Assembly (NCBI GenBank): GCA_002269645.1
Contig: NIVC01000660.1
Span: forward strand, 425,507 to 489,506
From: Macrostomum lignano
Taxonomy: Eukaryota
Direction: 5' to 3'
DNA length: 64,000 bases
Made by a program: the position numbers and the translations under genes
Notes under the pieces: generated by a model
Database searches by the model: none
Seen by the model: only the letters and a program-made list of their open reading frames with translations
What the model was told of the DNA's origin: nothing
Shown here: positions 50,610-63,008 of the stretch, in pieces
How positions within the stretch are numbered: position 1 is the stretch's first letter
Layout: each line of letters opens with the position of its first letter

Positions 50610-51330
50610 AAGCGACATTGTCACACAACCGGCGAGAGGCATTACTGCCCATTACGCCGACTCCCCTGAGCAGGCACACAAGCGCGCGGATACGTACGCA
50701 GTCATAAATAATAACAATAATAATATTAGTAATAGTAATACTAATAGTAATAATAATTGTTTACACCTGCCCCAATTGGGCCAGATGTGCAACCGACAGC
50801 TCAGCCGCAGCTTGCGCGGTGCATTTGAAGGCTGCGTACGGCTGTTCAGTCCAAGGACTGGGGGGTCGCCACACACACCCTCAATTACCCCAGCTAATGC
50901 TGGCACCCATTTTACCGCTGGGTGAACTGAAGCAATGCAGTTATAAGTGTCTTGATCAAGGACACGAATTGTTCCAGTAGGATCAAGAATCGAACCCCCG
51001 ACCTTCAAGTCGTGAGTCCGACGCTCTGACCACAAGGCTACAGCCCCTGTAGGAGGGGAGGGAGGGGAGAGATGAGATCAGTGAGCAATAATGTACCTTT
51101 AGGCAGTCACACGCACAGGCACACACTCACACAGGAGTGTACAGCAGCCCCCTAGCTTTATTTATCGTCATGCATGTACACTTCACTGCGCCTTGGAGGG
51201 GGGGGGGGTTGTTTCTCAAGCTGGGCGTTAATTGCACGAGCAGAGCCAAGCCGAGATTCCAATTTAGCCCCAAATTAATGTGACTGTACTTGGAATCGAG
51301 CCTGGGCCTGGATCCCACTGGAACGATTTC
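50610..51330 (-). mobile_element. tRNA-derived SINE, family X, interrupted by a nested insert at 50705-51102
   Basis: The two halves join to give gtacgcagtcacacgcacaggc, as in the intact copy at ~3260. gcagtca is duplicated at 50698-50704 and 51103-51109. Confidence 0.7.
50705..51047 (-). mobile_element. tRNA-derived SINE, family Y, with conserved-core-like domain and (TAT)n tail
   Basis: A box TAGCCTTGTGG and B box GGTTCGATTC. Central gtgtccttgatcaagacactt...cacccagcggtaaaatgggt resembles the CORE/V/Meta-type SINE central domains. AT-rich simple-repeat tail. Confidence 0.75.
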
Positions 51331-51392
51331 ATAATAAGCAATTCTTACCCTAACCATAATTAGCAAGCAAGCAGCTTCCAAACAGCCATCCT

Positions 51393-54300
51393 CTAGCGAC
51401 AATCAACCGGGCAGGCTTCAGCGGCGCCATTTTCAGCTACGGCGCCATTCCTAGCGCCGGCAGTTATCGCAACCGAGGCCAGACGGTCCAACACCTGACC
51501 ATAGTCGCTAACCAGCTGGTCGAATGCCTCGGCTAGGTGTCCGATTCTCTGCTGCCGGCTGAGGTCGCCCAGCACGGCCTGCAACTCGTCCGACTCCAGA
51601 GCGGCAGCCGCCTTGGCCAGCTCGCGGCCGGACTTGCGGAACGGCTGGTTGAGCCGCGACTTCACCGTCAGGCGGTAGTTGCGCCAGGCTGACGGGTCAG
51701 ACCTTAGGGGGGGGGGAGATAGGGTCAGTGAACTATAATGAACCTTTAGGCAGGCGCCGCACAGATACATGTAAGAGATTTTAGCGCCAATCAAGCCGCC
51801 TAGACTAAATTCTAGCGCCAATCAGGCGTCCTAGACTAGATGTTAGCGCCAATCAAGCGCCCCTAGACTAGATGTTAGCGCCAATCAAGCGCCCCTAGAA
51901 CTAGATGTTAGCGCCAATCAGGCGTCCTAGACTAGAAGTTAGCGCTGATCAAGCGGCCTAGACAAGATGTTAGGGACAATCAAGCGGCCTAGACTAAATG
52001 CTAGCGCCAATCAAGCGGCCTAGGCTAGATGTTAGCGCCAATCAAGCGTCCCAGACTAGATGTTAGCGCTAATTAAGTGCTACAAGAGACATTCCTTCCT
52101 AAGATCTTTGACCACCTTGACCTCCACTCAAAAGTAGGCATCTGACCCCACTGCTACCCTTCATGTTACGTTGCTCCTGATTCTGAAGTGCATGTGCACT
52201 TTTAAGAAGTTACAAAAAGGTCTTAAAAGTACCGTAAAGTGAAAGCTTTAAAATGTGTTTTTAATTAATCAATACATAAACACATCTTTTATTTGTAATA
52301 GTTGTCAATTGTTTGCCAATTAAAGAAAATTATAGAAAATATCCTCTTTATCTACTGTAAGTAGAAGAAAAAACACAAACCGATTGGTGCAGCGAAGCCA
52401 CAAAATTTCGTAGCAACGCCTGGCTTGACGTTTATTCAGACGAAGCCGCTCCCTAGCAACCGTTGCCATAGTCTCGGTGAATCCGTTAGCTAGCGCAACT
52501 GGATTAGCGAATAATTCCGGCGCCTCGAATAGCAGGCGGCGACAGTCGACAAAGTCGCGCAATCGTTGAAACGTGTCGACCGGATCCTCAACGGTGATGT
52601 CCAGGACGGCCGGGTCGGCCAGAGACTCGGAGTAGAATGCCTCCAGCAGGCGACAGCCGTGGCCGCGGCGCTGGTAGGGCGGCAAGACGATGAACTGGCT
52701 GATGCGGGGTCGCACCCGGTCGGGGTAGGCGTAGTACCTGCATGGGTGAGGACAAAGGTTATTCGCGAAGAGAAGATAGGTAACAAGATCAGGACAGTTG
52801 ACAAAATCAGGACAGGTGACAACATAAGGACAGGACAGGTGACAACATAAGGACAGGACAGGTGACAACATAAGGACAGGACAGGTGACAAGATCAGGAC
52901 AGGTGACAAAATCAGGACAGAACAAGTGACAATATCAGGACAGGTAACAACATCAGGACAGGTGACAAAATCAGGACAGGTGACAAGATCAGGACAGGTG
53001 ACAACATAAGGACAGGACAGGTGCCAACATAAGGATAGGACAGGTGACAACATAAGGACAGGACAGGTGACAATATAAGGATAGGACAGGTGACAACATC
53101 AGGACAGGTGACAACATAAGGACAGGACAGGTGCCAACATAAGGACAGGACAGGTGACAAAATCAGGACAGGACAAGTGACAACATCAGGACAGGTAACA
53201 ACATCAGGACAGGTGACAAAATCAGGACAGGGACAAAACCAGGACAGGTGACAAGATAAGGACAGGTGACAACATCAAGACAGGTGACAACATCAGGACA
53301 GGACAGTCAGCCAAGATTTCTACCTGTAGGCGGTCATGTAACCCGCCACGGCGTGTCGCCATTCGCCGCTATCATCCTTGAACTTCTCGTACAGCACCAA
53401 GAAGCTCCAGCGGTCGTCGTCTGCGTCAATAAAGCTGGCAGCATCGACGAAAAATATTAGAAAGATTTGTAGGCGACTGTGAAATTCGCGAAATCCTGGC
53501 GTGTCCATGGTTGGTTGGTAGATTTCAAAGTGACGGCCGTCTGCAATATGAAAAATTTAACGAATAAAATGCAATTGAAGCTACTAACAGTAGAATACCT
53601 TACAAGAGAAGTGAACACGCGCTCACCATCCTCAGTAGTATAGGCTTGCTTCAATACGCCAAACGGTTTAAATTCGTTATCGCTAGAAACTCGACTAGCA
53701 AACTGATCAATGTTGGTTAGATGGCCAGGGGGAATCAGGTCCTTAGTGAGGGCGGCCATTATGTCGTCTGCCTGGTTGTTTGTGTACATTGGTTTTGGGT
53801 TAGTCCTTGGGTTAATTAGTTAAAGTACAAATCCATACTTCGTATGGAAGTCCCATTTAGGATTTGCCTACTAGGAATTCCCTATTTAGGATTCCCCTAC
53901 TTGAGATTCCACATTTAGGATTCCTACTTGAGATTCCCTATTTAGGATTCCCCTACCTGAGATTCCCCATTTAGGATTTGCCTACTAGGAATTCCCTATT
54001 TAGGATTCCCCTACTTGAGATTCCCCATTTAGGATTCCCCTGCTTGAGATTCCCCATTCAGGATTCCCTTACTTGAGATTCCCAATTTAGGATTCCCCTA
54101 CTTGAGATTCCCCATTTAGGATTCCCCTACTTGAGATTCCCCATTTAGGATTCCCCTACTTGAGATTCCCCATCTAGGATTCCTCCTTTTATGGCTCTTT
54201 TTGAAATTGCCAATAAAAATAACCTGATAGGATAAGTACAAAGAAGAATTTGAAGTCAAACCTCAACACCGCCGCTAATAGCTTTATTAATCTTTTCGGC

Positions 54301-55755
54301 ATATTCCACGGCCAAGTAAATTGTCAGACTGCAGGCTGCAAAGTAGATCTTGATGCTTAAATTTTTGTAGCCAAAAATTGTCTCGCTAAAATGAGAAGTT
54401 AATAATAATGGGCTTATTTTCTGATTGACACATTAGGAATAGATTAGGAATAGAAGCTAGCTAGTATGTGAAGCTTCTAGCATGTTCTAGTTGGTGAATC
54501 TTCTATTTTAGTTTGTGAATCATTAAGTTGGTGAATCTTGTATTGTAGTTTGTGAATCTTCTGTTGTAATTTGTGAATCTTCAATTTTGTGAATTTTCTG
54601 TTGTAGTTTGTGAATCCTCGATTGTAGTTTGTGAATGTTTTAATTGTAGTTTGTGAATGTTCTATTACTTTAGTTTGCGGATTTTCTGCTTGTGAATCTT
54701 CTGCTTTGTGGGGCTTCTGGCTTGTGAATATTTTAGTTAGTGAAGTTTCTAGCTTGGTAAAGCGGCACCATATAGTATAGTCTCCTCTCACCTGTCGCCA
54801 AATACCTGGTGGCACATGTCTGGGTGAAAATCGATCTCCGGATTAGTCAAATCCTTGGTCGAGCGGACTGAAACGAAAAAAAAATAAATAATGAAACGAA
54901 ACACTCGCGTTCTGAGATGGATTTAATTTCTGCTTGTTGCTAATTTTTTTGAAACACGAGTCAGGCATTAGTAATATGCATAATAGTAATATTATATCTA
55001 CATGCATGCATACTATAATCTATAGAGCTAAACAGGAGTCATGGATTTCTAAAATAACTATTATTCATCAATACTGAGCATTCTGGACAAATTATCATTT
55101 CGGTCTAGATAAAAGCGTTTTACAGACAATGGAATCTAACTGACCAATCAGAGAATGGATTCCCACTGACCAATCAGCGAATGGATTCCCACTGACCAAT
55201 CAGCGAATGGATTCCTACTGACCAATCAGCGAATGGATTCCCACTGACCAATCAGCGAATGGATTCCCACTGACCAATCAGCGAATGGATTCCTACTGGC
55301 CAATCAGAGAATGGATTCCCACTGACCAATCAGCGAATGGATTCCTACTGGCCAATCAGAGAATGGATTCCCACTGACCAATCAGAGAATGGATTCCTAC
55401 TGGCCAATCAGAGAATGGATTCCCACTAACCAATCAGAGAATGGATTCCTACTGACCAATCAGAGAATGGATTCCTACTGGCCAATCAGAGAATGGTTTC
55501 CTACTGACCAATTAGAGAATGGATTCCACTGACCAATGACCAACCAGAGAATGAATTCCAACTGACTAATCAGAAAATAGATGGTAATAAACAATTCATT
55601 CAAGCTGCACTGGAGACTGTCAGATGTTAATACAGAAAATAAACACGTTCAATCATAAAAACCTTTACTAATTAATGACACTCACCTAACTTAAAGCAGA
55701 CAGCCTTGTTTCCGTCAGCTTTGTATTGATCAACTTGAACTTCAAACTGCGTCAT
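51393..55755 (-). CDS. HAT1: Histone acetyltransferase type B catalytic subunit, complete, 7 exons, 432 aa
   Basis: Exons 55686-55755, 54792-54867, 54262-54385, 53627-53771, 53324-53540, 52381-52737 and 51393-51702 total 1299 nt, all GT-AG and in phase. Motifs DMCHQVFGDSETIFGYKNL, FVDAASFID, YYAYPDRVRPRISQFIVLPPYQRRGHG (acetyl-CoA motif A) and ITVEDP. Confidence 0.92.
51780..52075. repeat. 32-bp minisatellite in HAT1 intron 6 (gttagcgccaatcaagcgcccctagactagat)
   Basis: About 9 units. Confidence 0.85.
52770..53305. repeat. 18/23-bp minisatellite in HAT1 intron 5 (aggacaggtgacaacata)
   Basis: Mixed 18- and 23-bp units fill the intron. Confidence 0.9.
53855..54185. repeat. 29-bp minisatellite in HAT1 intron 3 (gagattccccatttaggattcccctactt)
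   Basis: About 11 units. Confidence 0.9.
54480..54745. repeat. ~21-22-bp degenerate minisatellite in HAT1 intron 2 (agtttgtgaat core)
   Basis: Recurring tttgtgaat at about 21-bp spacing. Confidence 0.75.
55135..55575. repeat. 26-bp minisatellite in HAT1 intron 1 (actgaccaatcagagaatggattccc)
   Basis: About 16 units, most containing CCAATCAG. Confidence 0.9.
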
Positions 55756-58700
55756 TTTGTTCTGCTGGCAGTCTTTCCAAAGTATTCGATATTTAATATA
55801 TATTATTTGATGTCTGAAGCAGTATTTTAGGCATAAATGAGTATAGTTACAGTCATCAGTATTTAACATGTTTGCTCCTAATAGCTACTCAACTCATTTT
55901 ACCTATTAGCAAGAGAATTCATTAATTAATCAAAGGTAAGGCGAGTGCGCCTCCTTTTTATAAACAAGTTGCTAGCGTTTACTAGGGAAAATGGGATGAT
56001 TATAAAAACACAGAAGACAGTGTGAGCTGAGCGAAGATAGGTATAGAGAATTGAAAAAAAGGATAAGAGACGGGAAAGCAATAAAGTCGCAAGAGGATAT
56101 GCCAAGCTGCTAGGCAGTTTTCCCACAGTTGGAAAGAAGAGCTGTCAGACTTAATCAACTTATACAGTAGTCACAGTAAAATAGGGAGACAGGAAAGGAT
56201 GGGAAGCGAGAGAGAGTCGACGTAACCAAACCAGCCACTTTCTGCTTGGCAACTAAAAGCCGGGCCCTCCAGGTCCAAACTGACCGATGCGTCATCGCTC
56301 AGTAGCTAAGCTCAGCATGCTCCAATGACTATGATGAGGCGCTACTGGATTCTGGGTTACCTAAGTGTCTATGAAGGCGCTACTAAATAATATATGCATA
56401 ATAATCAGGCGTGTATAATTCTATACATCAACTTTCTTTTAAAGACGATCACGCACGGTCCAACAATCAAGGATGGACGAATAAATGCATTTTCTCTGTT
56501 TAGGTCCTTTTCCTTTAGTTAGACTTCTATGTGTAGCATCAAAGCTTCGATGAAAGACTTCCGAAAATCGATTCTAACTAGCTTATTTTTCTAACAACAA
56601 TCAGCAAGATCTGGGTCTAAATTCAGAAGGCCAAAATGAAAGTTGATGTGTTATAACACGCGCTATGACACAAAAACGCAAAGGAAAATGCCGAACTGCT
56701 CCGCTTGCTGCACATCGACATACGTGCAAAAATGGGTGAGAGGAAGACAGAGAGGGGAAAGGAACGCGACGGAGATGGGATAGCTAGTCAATTTCGTCCA
56801 TTCCAAATTCTCCAACCAAGCATAAAATATAGCTAGCTACGCAAAGCCGCCGTAGTCCATAGGGACCGACGCCCCATCGCATTAACCTTCCGAGCGCAAT
56901 TCCCCGCGTTCATCACGGGGCCAGCTACTATAGGCACTCTCTGACAAGGGTGTGCAGCACAGCTGCCAGCAGATCGAGATGAGAAGCCTTTACCGAGGCT
57001 TTCTCTCCATTCATCCCTCCCTGCCTCCCACTTTTATCTGAACCCATAGAAGCCAAATTCGACTCCCGAGCCTTCTGGAGCATTCATCAGCATAATGGGG
57101 TGAGGTAGAGGCTGCTGGCTGGTGAATGCGGGACCTCAGCGCCACGCAGGCTATGTCGTTAAACGACCGGAGTCGCCCCAGCTGCACAAGGTTCATCATT
57201 AAAAAACCCCTCGACCCCGACCAGAGTCGCGGGAAATTAAAGTAGCCAAAAGGGGTCAGCGGCAAGAGGCGGCAGCTCGAGTGGAGAGGCCAGGCGAACA
57301 GGCTGGCTGACAATTCCGCAGAGTATTTGGGAATTTCGCAGAACTGGGTTGAGAGAGGGGGAGAACAGAATCCTAGATGGCAATTCTGGCTAAATAAAAT
57401 TTCTCTGGTCCCTAGTCAGTCAAATTTCTGGGCTCTACTCAGTTTGGAGAACTGACCTCTCATAATATAATAAAGACTGTTGCTTAACAGAATGTCCATT
57501 TACGAATATTTGCCTTTTTTCAGCGACAGTCCACGCTGCATTTCCGAGTGAGCAAGTTCCTCTTATTCATTGCGTATTGGATTTGACATTGACCAATTAT
57601 CTACTTCGATAGGATACATCCAGTCAGAACAGTATTTTAGCTTAGTATCGAATAATCATAACTGATTATTATAATCTTATTTATATGCTTCGATTTAAAT
57701 GCAAGTCTATAGCATCATGATTGAAGACAAGGTCGAAATATTTCTAAGAAATATTCTTTCGTGAAAACATTGCCAGTGTTTTGCATCAAATTAGAGTCCA
57801 CGGATTCAGCACTCCAGACGACCACAAGTACTAATCTATTTTAAGATCCTTCAACTTAAGATCCCACTCTCAATCCTGTCTAATTCACGCACGCAGACAA
57901 TCTTGCTTTCTCTCGCCTGAGAGGCATTAACATTTTAGCAAGTTAGTCAACGCAGCGACGTCTTCATTCCAAAGATTGAAACCAAGAAGCTTTATTATCG
58001 TTCTGCACTACCCCGATCGGAGCACTGAAGGCAGATTACTTGTGCTGAAATGAAGCACCGACGTTGGTTGGCCAGAACTGCACTAGCAAATAGGAGACAA
58101 ACAAGGCGTCATTGCATCCGACTCCAGCCAACTGAGAGCGGAGAAAACTGATGAGACTAAGTAATCAAGCATTCGTCTCCGGACGGAGCACAATTGGACT
58201 AAAAAGAACTCTCGGAATTCTAAATTAGAGCGACTAAGTTGAGAACCTTCTAACGCCGGACACCATTTTGTCCAACACAAGGAGCAGATTTCAATTTAGT
58301 CCCGTTTCTCTTATTTTTTGTAGATCGGCCCCACTAAGAGTCACGCAACGTACTCACAACGTAAGAGAGGCATTCTCTTAGCCGCCTTAACTGTTAACCC
58401 AGCCCTCTCTCTCCAAAAAATAATCCCCAGCAGGCTCAAAACGTGCACGAGCTTCATTTTTATAAAGGTACGCGTCAGCTTGACAAAAGGAGAGAGGAAA
58501 CAGAGCGAAAGCAACAGCAGCACTGGCAAGCATTATCTGTCTACAGGCAGTGTGCGCAGACTAACATACAGCGCAAAGCTCAGAGAGAAAATAGTGCATA
58601 GGCTCCTTAACTGCGCGCTGACAAAATAGCTATACAGCCGTCCTCGGGGGTTATAGTGCGTCCGGGTTAAAGCAAATCGATAACTCGCGTTTCCCAATCG

Positions 58701-59006
58701 GATTTTCATACTCAAGCTGCTAGCCTCCAAAGCCAACCTACACCTCTCTCTCTCTAGCTTTAAGCTTGAAAATCTCCAGAACGCACCCATTTCCGCGTGC
58801 GCACACCACTGAGCGATAAAAAATAGCACTGAAAACTTAGGGACTGGTCAGTTAGAGCAAGGCTAAACGACTAGCCCAGCTACCCAGAATTGACCAAGCT
58901 GCTGTTAGACTGCACCGCCGCAAGCTGCTGAGAGCCGATGAAGCTTAAGTAAGCATTGTAAAATACGGACAAATAAAAACAACAATTTATATCGGAGTGT
59001 CGCGTC

Positions 59007-59061
59007 ATGAGAGCGGCAAACCTGTTTCTATTTCTTGGAACCCTCGGATTCATCAATATAT
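59007..59061 (+). CDS. Candidate first (signal-peptide) exon MRAANLFLFLGTLGFINI
   Basis: ATG, hydrophobic 18-mer and a strong donor gtgagt in phase 1, compatible with the phase-1 acceptor at 61807. The linkage is inferred. Confidence 0.35.
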
Positions 59062-61807
59062 GTGAGTAAAATTTGTTTTATTGATAGCTTTGAATGAGTA
59101 ATTTTTTCTTGAATTCTAGTCAACCTCTGTACATTAGCTAGCATTTCTCAAATCACAACTCTCTGTGGGACGTTCTACTTTCACAGAACCTCGTCCTCGT
59201 TGGCTCAACCAGAAGCCGCGAGGGGGTCGAATCCAGTCAAGACTCAGAGGGAGCCGAGCTTGACAAAGACTACACCACTAACCAGCAAACATCAGTGCCT
59301 CGTGATCCAAGGTTACGATTAGCTATCACTACACAGCTGCAAATATGCCCGCTTCCTCCTAACCGTTGCTGTTTGTAAACACCGTTATCACTCGGGCAAA
59401 ATCGTCCCAACCCAGGCATGCCAAGCAGTAATAGAAGATAACCAAAACTTGGTTAGAAAATGGGTTCCCAAGCTTATAGGAAGCACTTGCCGAGAGTAAA
59501 ACAGTATAGCAAAACAAACGAATAAGTAAAGGCTCCAACAAGAACCTACTAACTGAAAAACTATGATGGAAATCCGATACCCGAAACTGGGCAGGAATTA
59601 GCCAAGTGAGCTATACACTTACGCACTAGAAATGGGCCTACAGGCCTACAACGTAGATGCTGCAAATACTTCGTTTAAAAAGTATAGAAGGGCGATGGTG
59701 GCATTGGAAATAAATACACTCACTAACAGCATATTCAACACCTTTATAAATACGACAATACATTATAATCTGACAAAACAAAACTAAGGAAAATCTACTA
59801 CATACTAAGCATTTATAAATAAAACATAGTCGCAGAGATTAAGAAGCCGGTAGGTAGGAGACGAGATAAACGGTAAAGACTCTTCGTGGTAAGGAGCGCA
59901 CGATTATATAAAAAGGAGGCGAAATCGCCCTCCGGGCAAAAAGCAACCCGCGGGCGCGGCTAGGGGAAAGAAAGTGAGTAGAGTAGGTAGCCTAGGGCAA
60001 GAGTAACTGGAGAAGGAAAAGAAATTGGGTGACGACGTGCCAGCATACGGGAAGGGCTAATTTAGCTTCTTGGTTTCCCTCAGCGCCACCCCTTATCTTA
60101 CTGATCTAACCCAATGACTTTGCAACGGCAGAAGACAGACAGACACGACTTATAAGGATTGCCTAAAAGAGAAGAGAAAAAAGATTGAGTAAGGGAAGAG
60201 AAGAAATCAAGCGCAGAAAATTCGCAGTACAATTGCTATGCCTAAAATTCCACTTATTCCCTTTCCATTCGTGTCTATACTCCTTACCTATGCTTTTTGC
60301 TTCTTTTTGAATCCCGCAAATTAAAATGGTTCCACGGCGCAGACTTGTCGACAGGGGCGGCAGGGGATGATTAAAGGAGAGGATAGAGAGCCGAATCTAT
60401 AGGGATTGGAAACCGGCGAGGCTAATCAAGGGAGACCTTCTGCTCGGAAAAAAACGAGTAGCTACTAACGAAGTCCCAGTGCGAGCAAGCTAGGCGCCCT
60501 GCTACCCCGGCACAGTATTGCATAGCTTCTAACGCATTTTCGTGTTCCGCTCAGCTCCATGCTATGCTTCCCTAATCGCTCGGCTTCGTCACTCGAACTC
60601 CATTCCATGTTAATGACGCACAGAACCCAGTCCGGCCCCCTCGCCACTCTGCCATTGCATCCTCAATTCCACTTCATTCCACCAGACTTGGGGGCAGCGC
60701 AAGGCCCATAATAATAAGAAGCAGCTGGCAACTCAATCTATACTAATCAGCCTATCCTGGTAGTTGAATTTATCGGCCACCGGGTTGGCAATATGTCTCT
60801 CATGACTAGGCATGCAGCGCCATGGTGTGCTCCAGGGATGGACGACAGTTCGAACATTAGAAGATGCAAAACCAGTCTGCAGAATTGATTTCGACAATTA
60901 TTTCAAATCGTTTCTGCTGTCTAAATTGGTTCCAATTTACTTCGTGTTGACCACAATTTGCCCAGTTTTTCTAACTTATAGATCAGGTTTTTTAAAAATC
61001 AATCTAGTCTGCTTAGAGCACGCTTTCAATAATCTAGCGTCATAAAAGCTGAAGTTGGGTAGTGGAAAGGGTTTCTAAAAAAGCTGATTCGCTTAATATT
61101 ATAAAGCTTTGAGCAGAAATGGAAAGACCTTTAGTAGCTCATTTCCTTTACTCTGTAGAATTCCACTCAATATATTGACCAAATACAGAATATATAAATA
61201 AATGCTATAATAAATGCAATCGGACAGTGCACTGATGCATGAATGATGAAGACTAAGCTTCACAAGCAACGAGACTTAGAGTTACTGACTGACTTGCACG
61301 AATGCTTTATGCTTGACGGCAAAAAGTACGTGTGAATTTGGTTATTGATAAACAAATACCTTCCAATCAAGTTTAGACGCTCTTGATCAAACAAGCGAAA
61401 TTTCATTTGCCTTTGTTTATATTTTTCGAAGAAATTGATAAATGTTAAGGTCACTACTCTTGAGCTTCGCAGCGCAATTCGTCTGTTTTTTTTTAACGCA
61501 ACTATGCAGAACTTGGGGGTAGATTTATCGATTTCATGGTGTAACGTATGAAATTGCTGACAACTTAATTTCATGAAGACTTAAGGACCCTTTTGTGGAT
61601 ACCATTCAGCTTCATCTCGTCAATCATCATTGTAACAGAGTAGCTTAGACAAGCACTGGAACTGGTCGTGCAACTCATCACCTATGTGGGACAAATCCCA
61701 ATGGCAAAGAGAGCAAATAAAAATTCAAGGCATTACTGACTCCTTGCCACTATAACTAATCAAATCTCAATCCTCATTTTTTTCTCTGAACTCATTCCCA
61801 TTGACAG

Positions 61808-62361
61808 ACGAGGAAATAACAAGCGACGACGAAAGCAATGGCAAGCTCGGCCACTCAGATGTAAAACGTTTGCAACGCAAGTTCGGCGTCAAAGAGAAGA
61901 GATCGGCAACTCTGCCGCACGCCGATAAACAAGCGGCGGCAGTCGCAGCAGCAGCAATAGCTGCTCAAAGCCAAAACGTGAATTTTGCAGAGTACGACGA
62001 GGTCCGAGTTGTTGAGCACTTGAAACGACCAGTTTACCGAGTACTAGCAGACTGCAATAGTGCCGATGGCACAGCTTGCAACTGCCTACGGCTTTTATGC
62101 TTTGGCCAGGCGCAGTGCACAGCTCCGGCCACAGAGGTAGAAGGCGATACAAGCCAAATGCCACCATTAAAGCCGTCAGATCCGCGCTACATCTACTACG
62201 CAACAGGTGCAAGGCTACGAGCGAAACGGAGAAGTGCATCATTCGCGTTAGAGCCTTCGGCTTCGTCATCAGATCGGGACCGACTGTTGCGATGCCGTCA
62301 AGCAACTATAGACCCATTCGTGCTATGCGAGTGCAAGCTTTATGCGCGAAATCCGGCATAA
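61808..62361 (+). CDS. Probable last exon of an uncharacterised secreted Cys-rich precursor
   Basis: Pyrimidine tract plus cag acceptor ending at 61807. 184-codon open frame with an acidic start, several KR/RK/KRR sites and 8 Cys ending in CEC. Confidence 0.6.
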
Positions 62362-62444
62362 ACGTAGAATAAAAACCCAAAGTGGAGCATTTTTTCTTAA
62401 ATATTATTTGATCAATTTATGCTGTGTGTCCATTCTATGAAAGC

Positions 62445-62720
62445 ACTGGGCAGAGCAGCTGAGTGGTAAACGCGTGTGACTCTTGCGCTACAACCCATGG
62501 TTCGATTCCGTGAGTGACCACATTCATTTGGAGCTTGTGTGTGCGAAAATTGGCGATTCACCGCCATCGGACCCAACACCCCCCAAGGCACAGAGTGTAC
62601 ATGCGTGTGTATGAGTGCATGTCTGAGCAGAGTATTGGCGCGCTTGTATGTGCTCAGAAGTCAGCGGAATGAAAAAAAACTGCCTCTTAGCTCTGGTCGC
62701 AGGACACGCCGAACAGAACC
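62445..62720 (+). mobile_element. tRNA-derived SINE, family X
   Basis: A box CAGCTGAGTGG, B box GGTTCGATTCC and the family body (cagagtattggcgcgcttg). Confidence 0.7.
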
Positions 62721-63008
62721 TGGCGTTTGTATGTGCATATCTTTCCTGCAACTATGTATTATTTTTATTATCCAATGGAAGCATACTATCAATTTCTTTC
62801 AAATCAGTCCTCTCTGTTGGAAAGAGCTCAGGCCTAGGCCATTGATACGCTATCATGAACTGGACAGATTTGACCCACATTAGTACTCGTATACCGTACT
62901 TTTTATGACAAAATTAATTTCGCATGTCTTGTCCATGAATTTTGCTTGCAATACATTAGACTCTCTATGACCAAACCCAGATGTTTTATCCAGACAGGAT
63001 GATATATA

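Noticed and set aside
50975-51047. Possible tRNA gene (A and B boxes)
   Set aside because: There is no convincing acceptor stem, and it continues into a SINE core and tail. The same applies to the family X heads.
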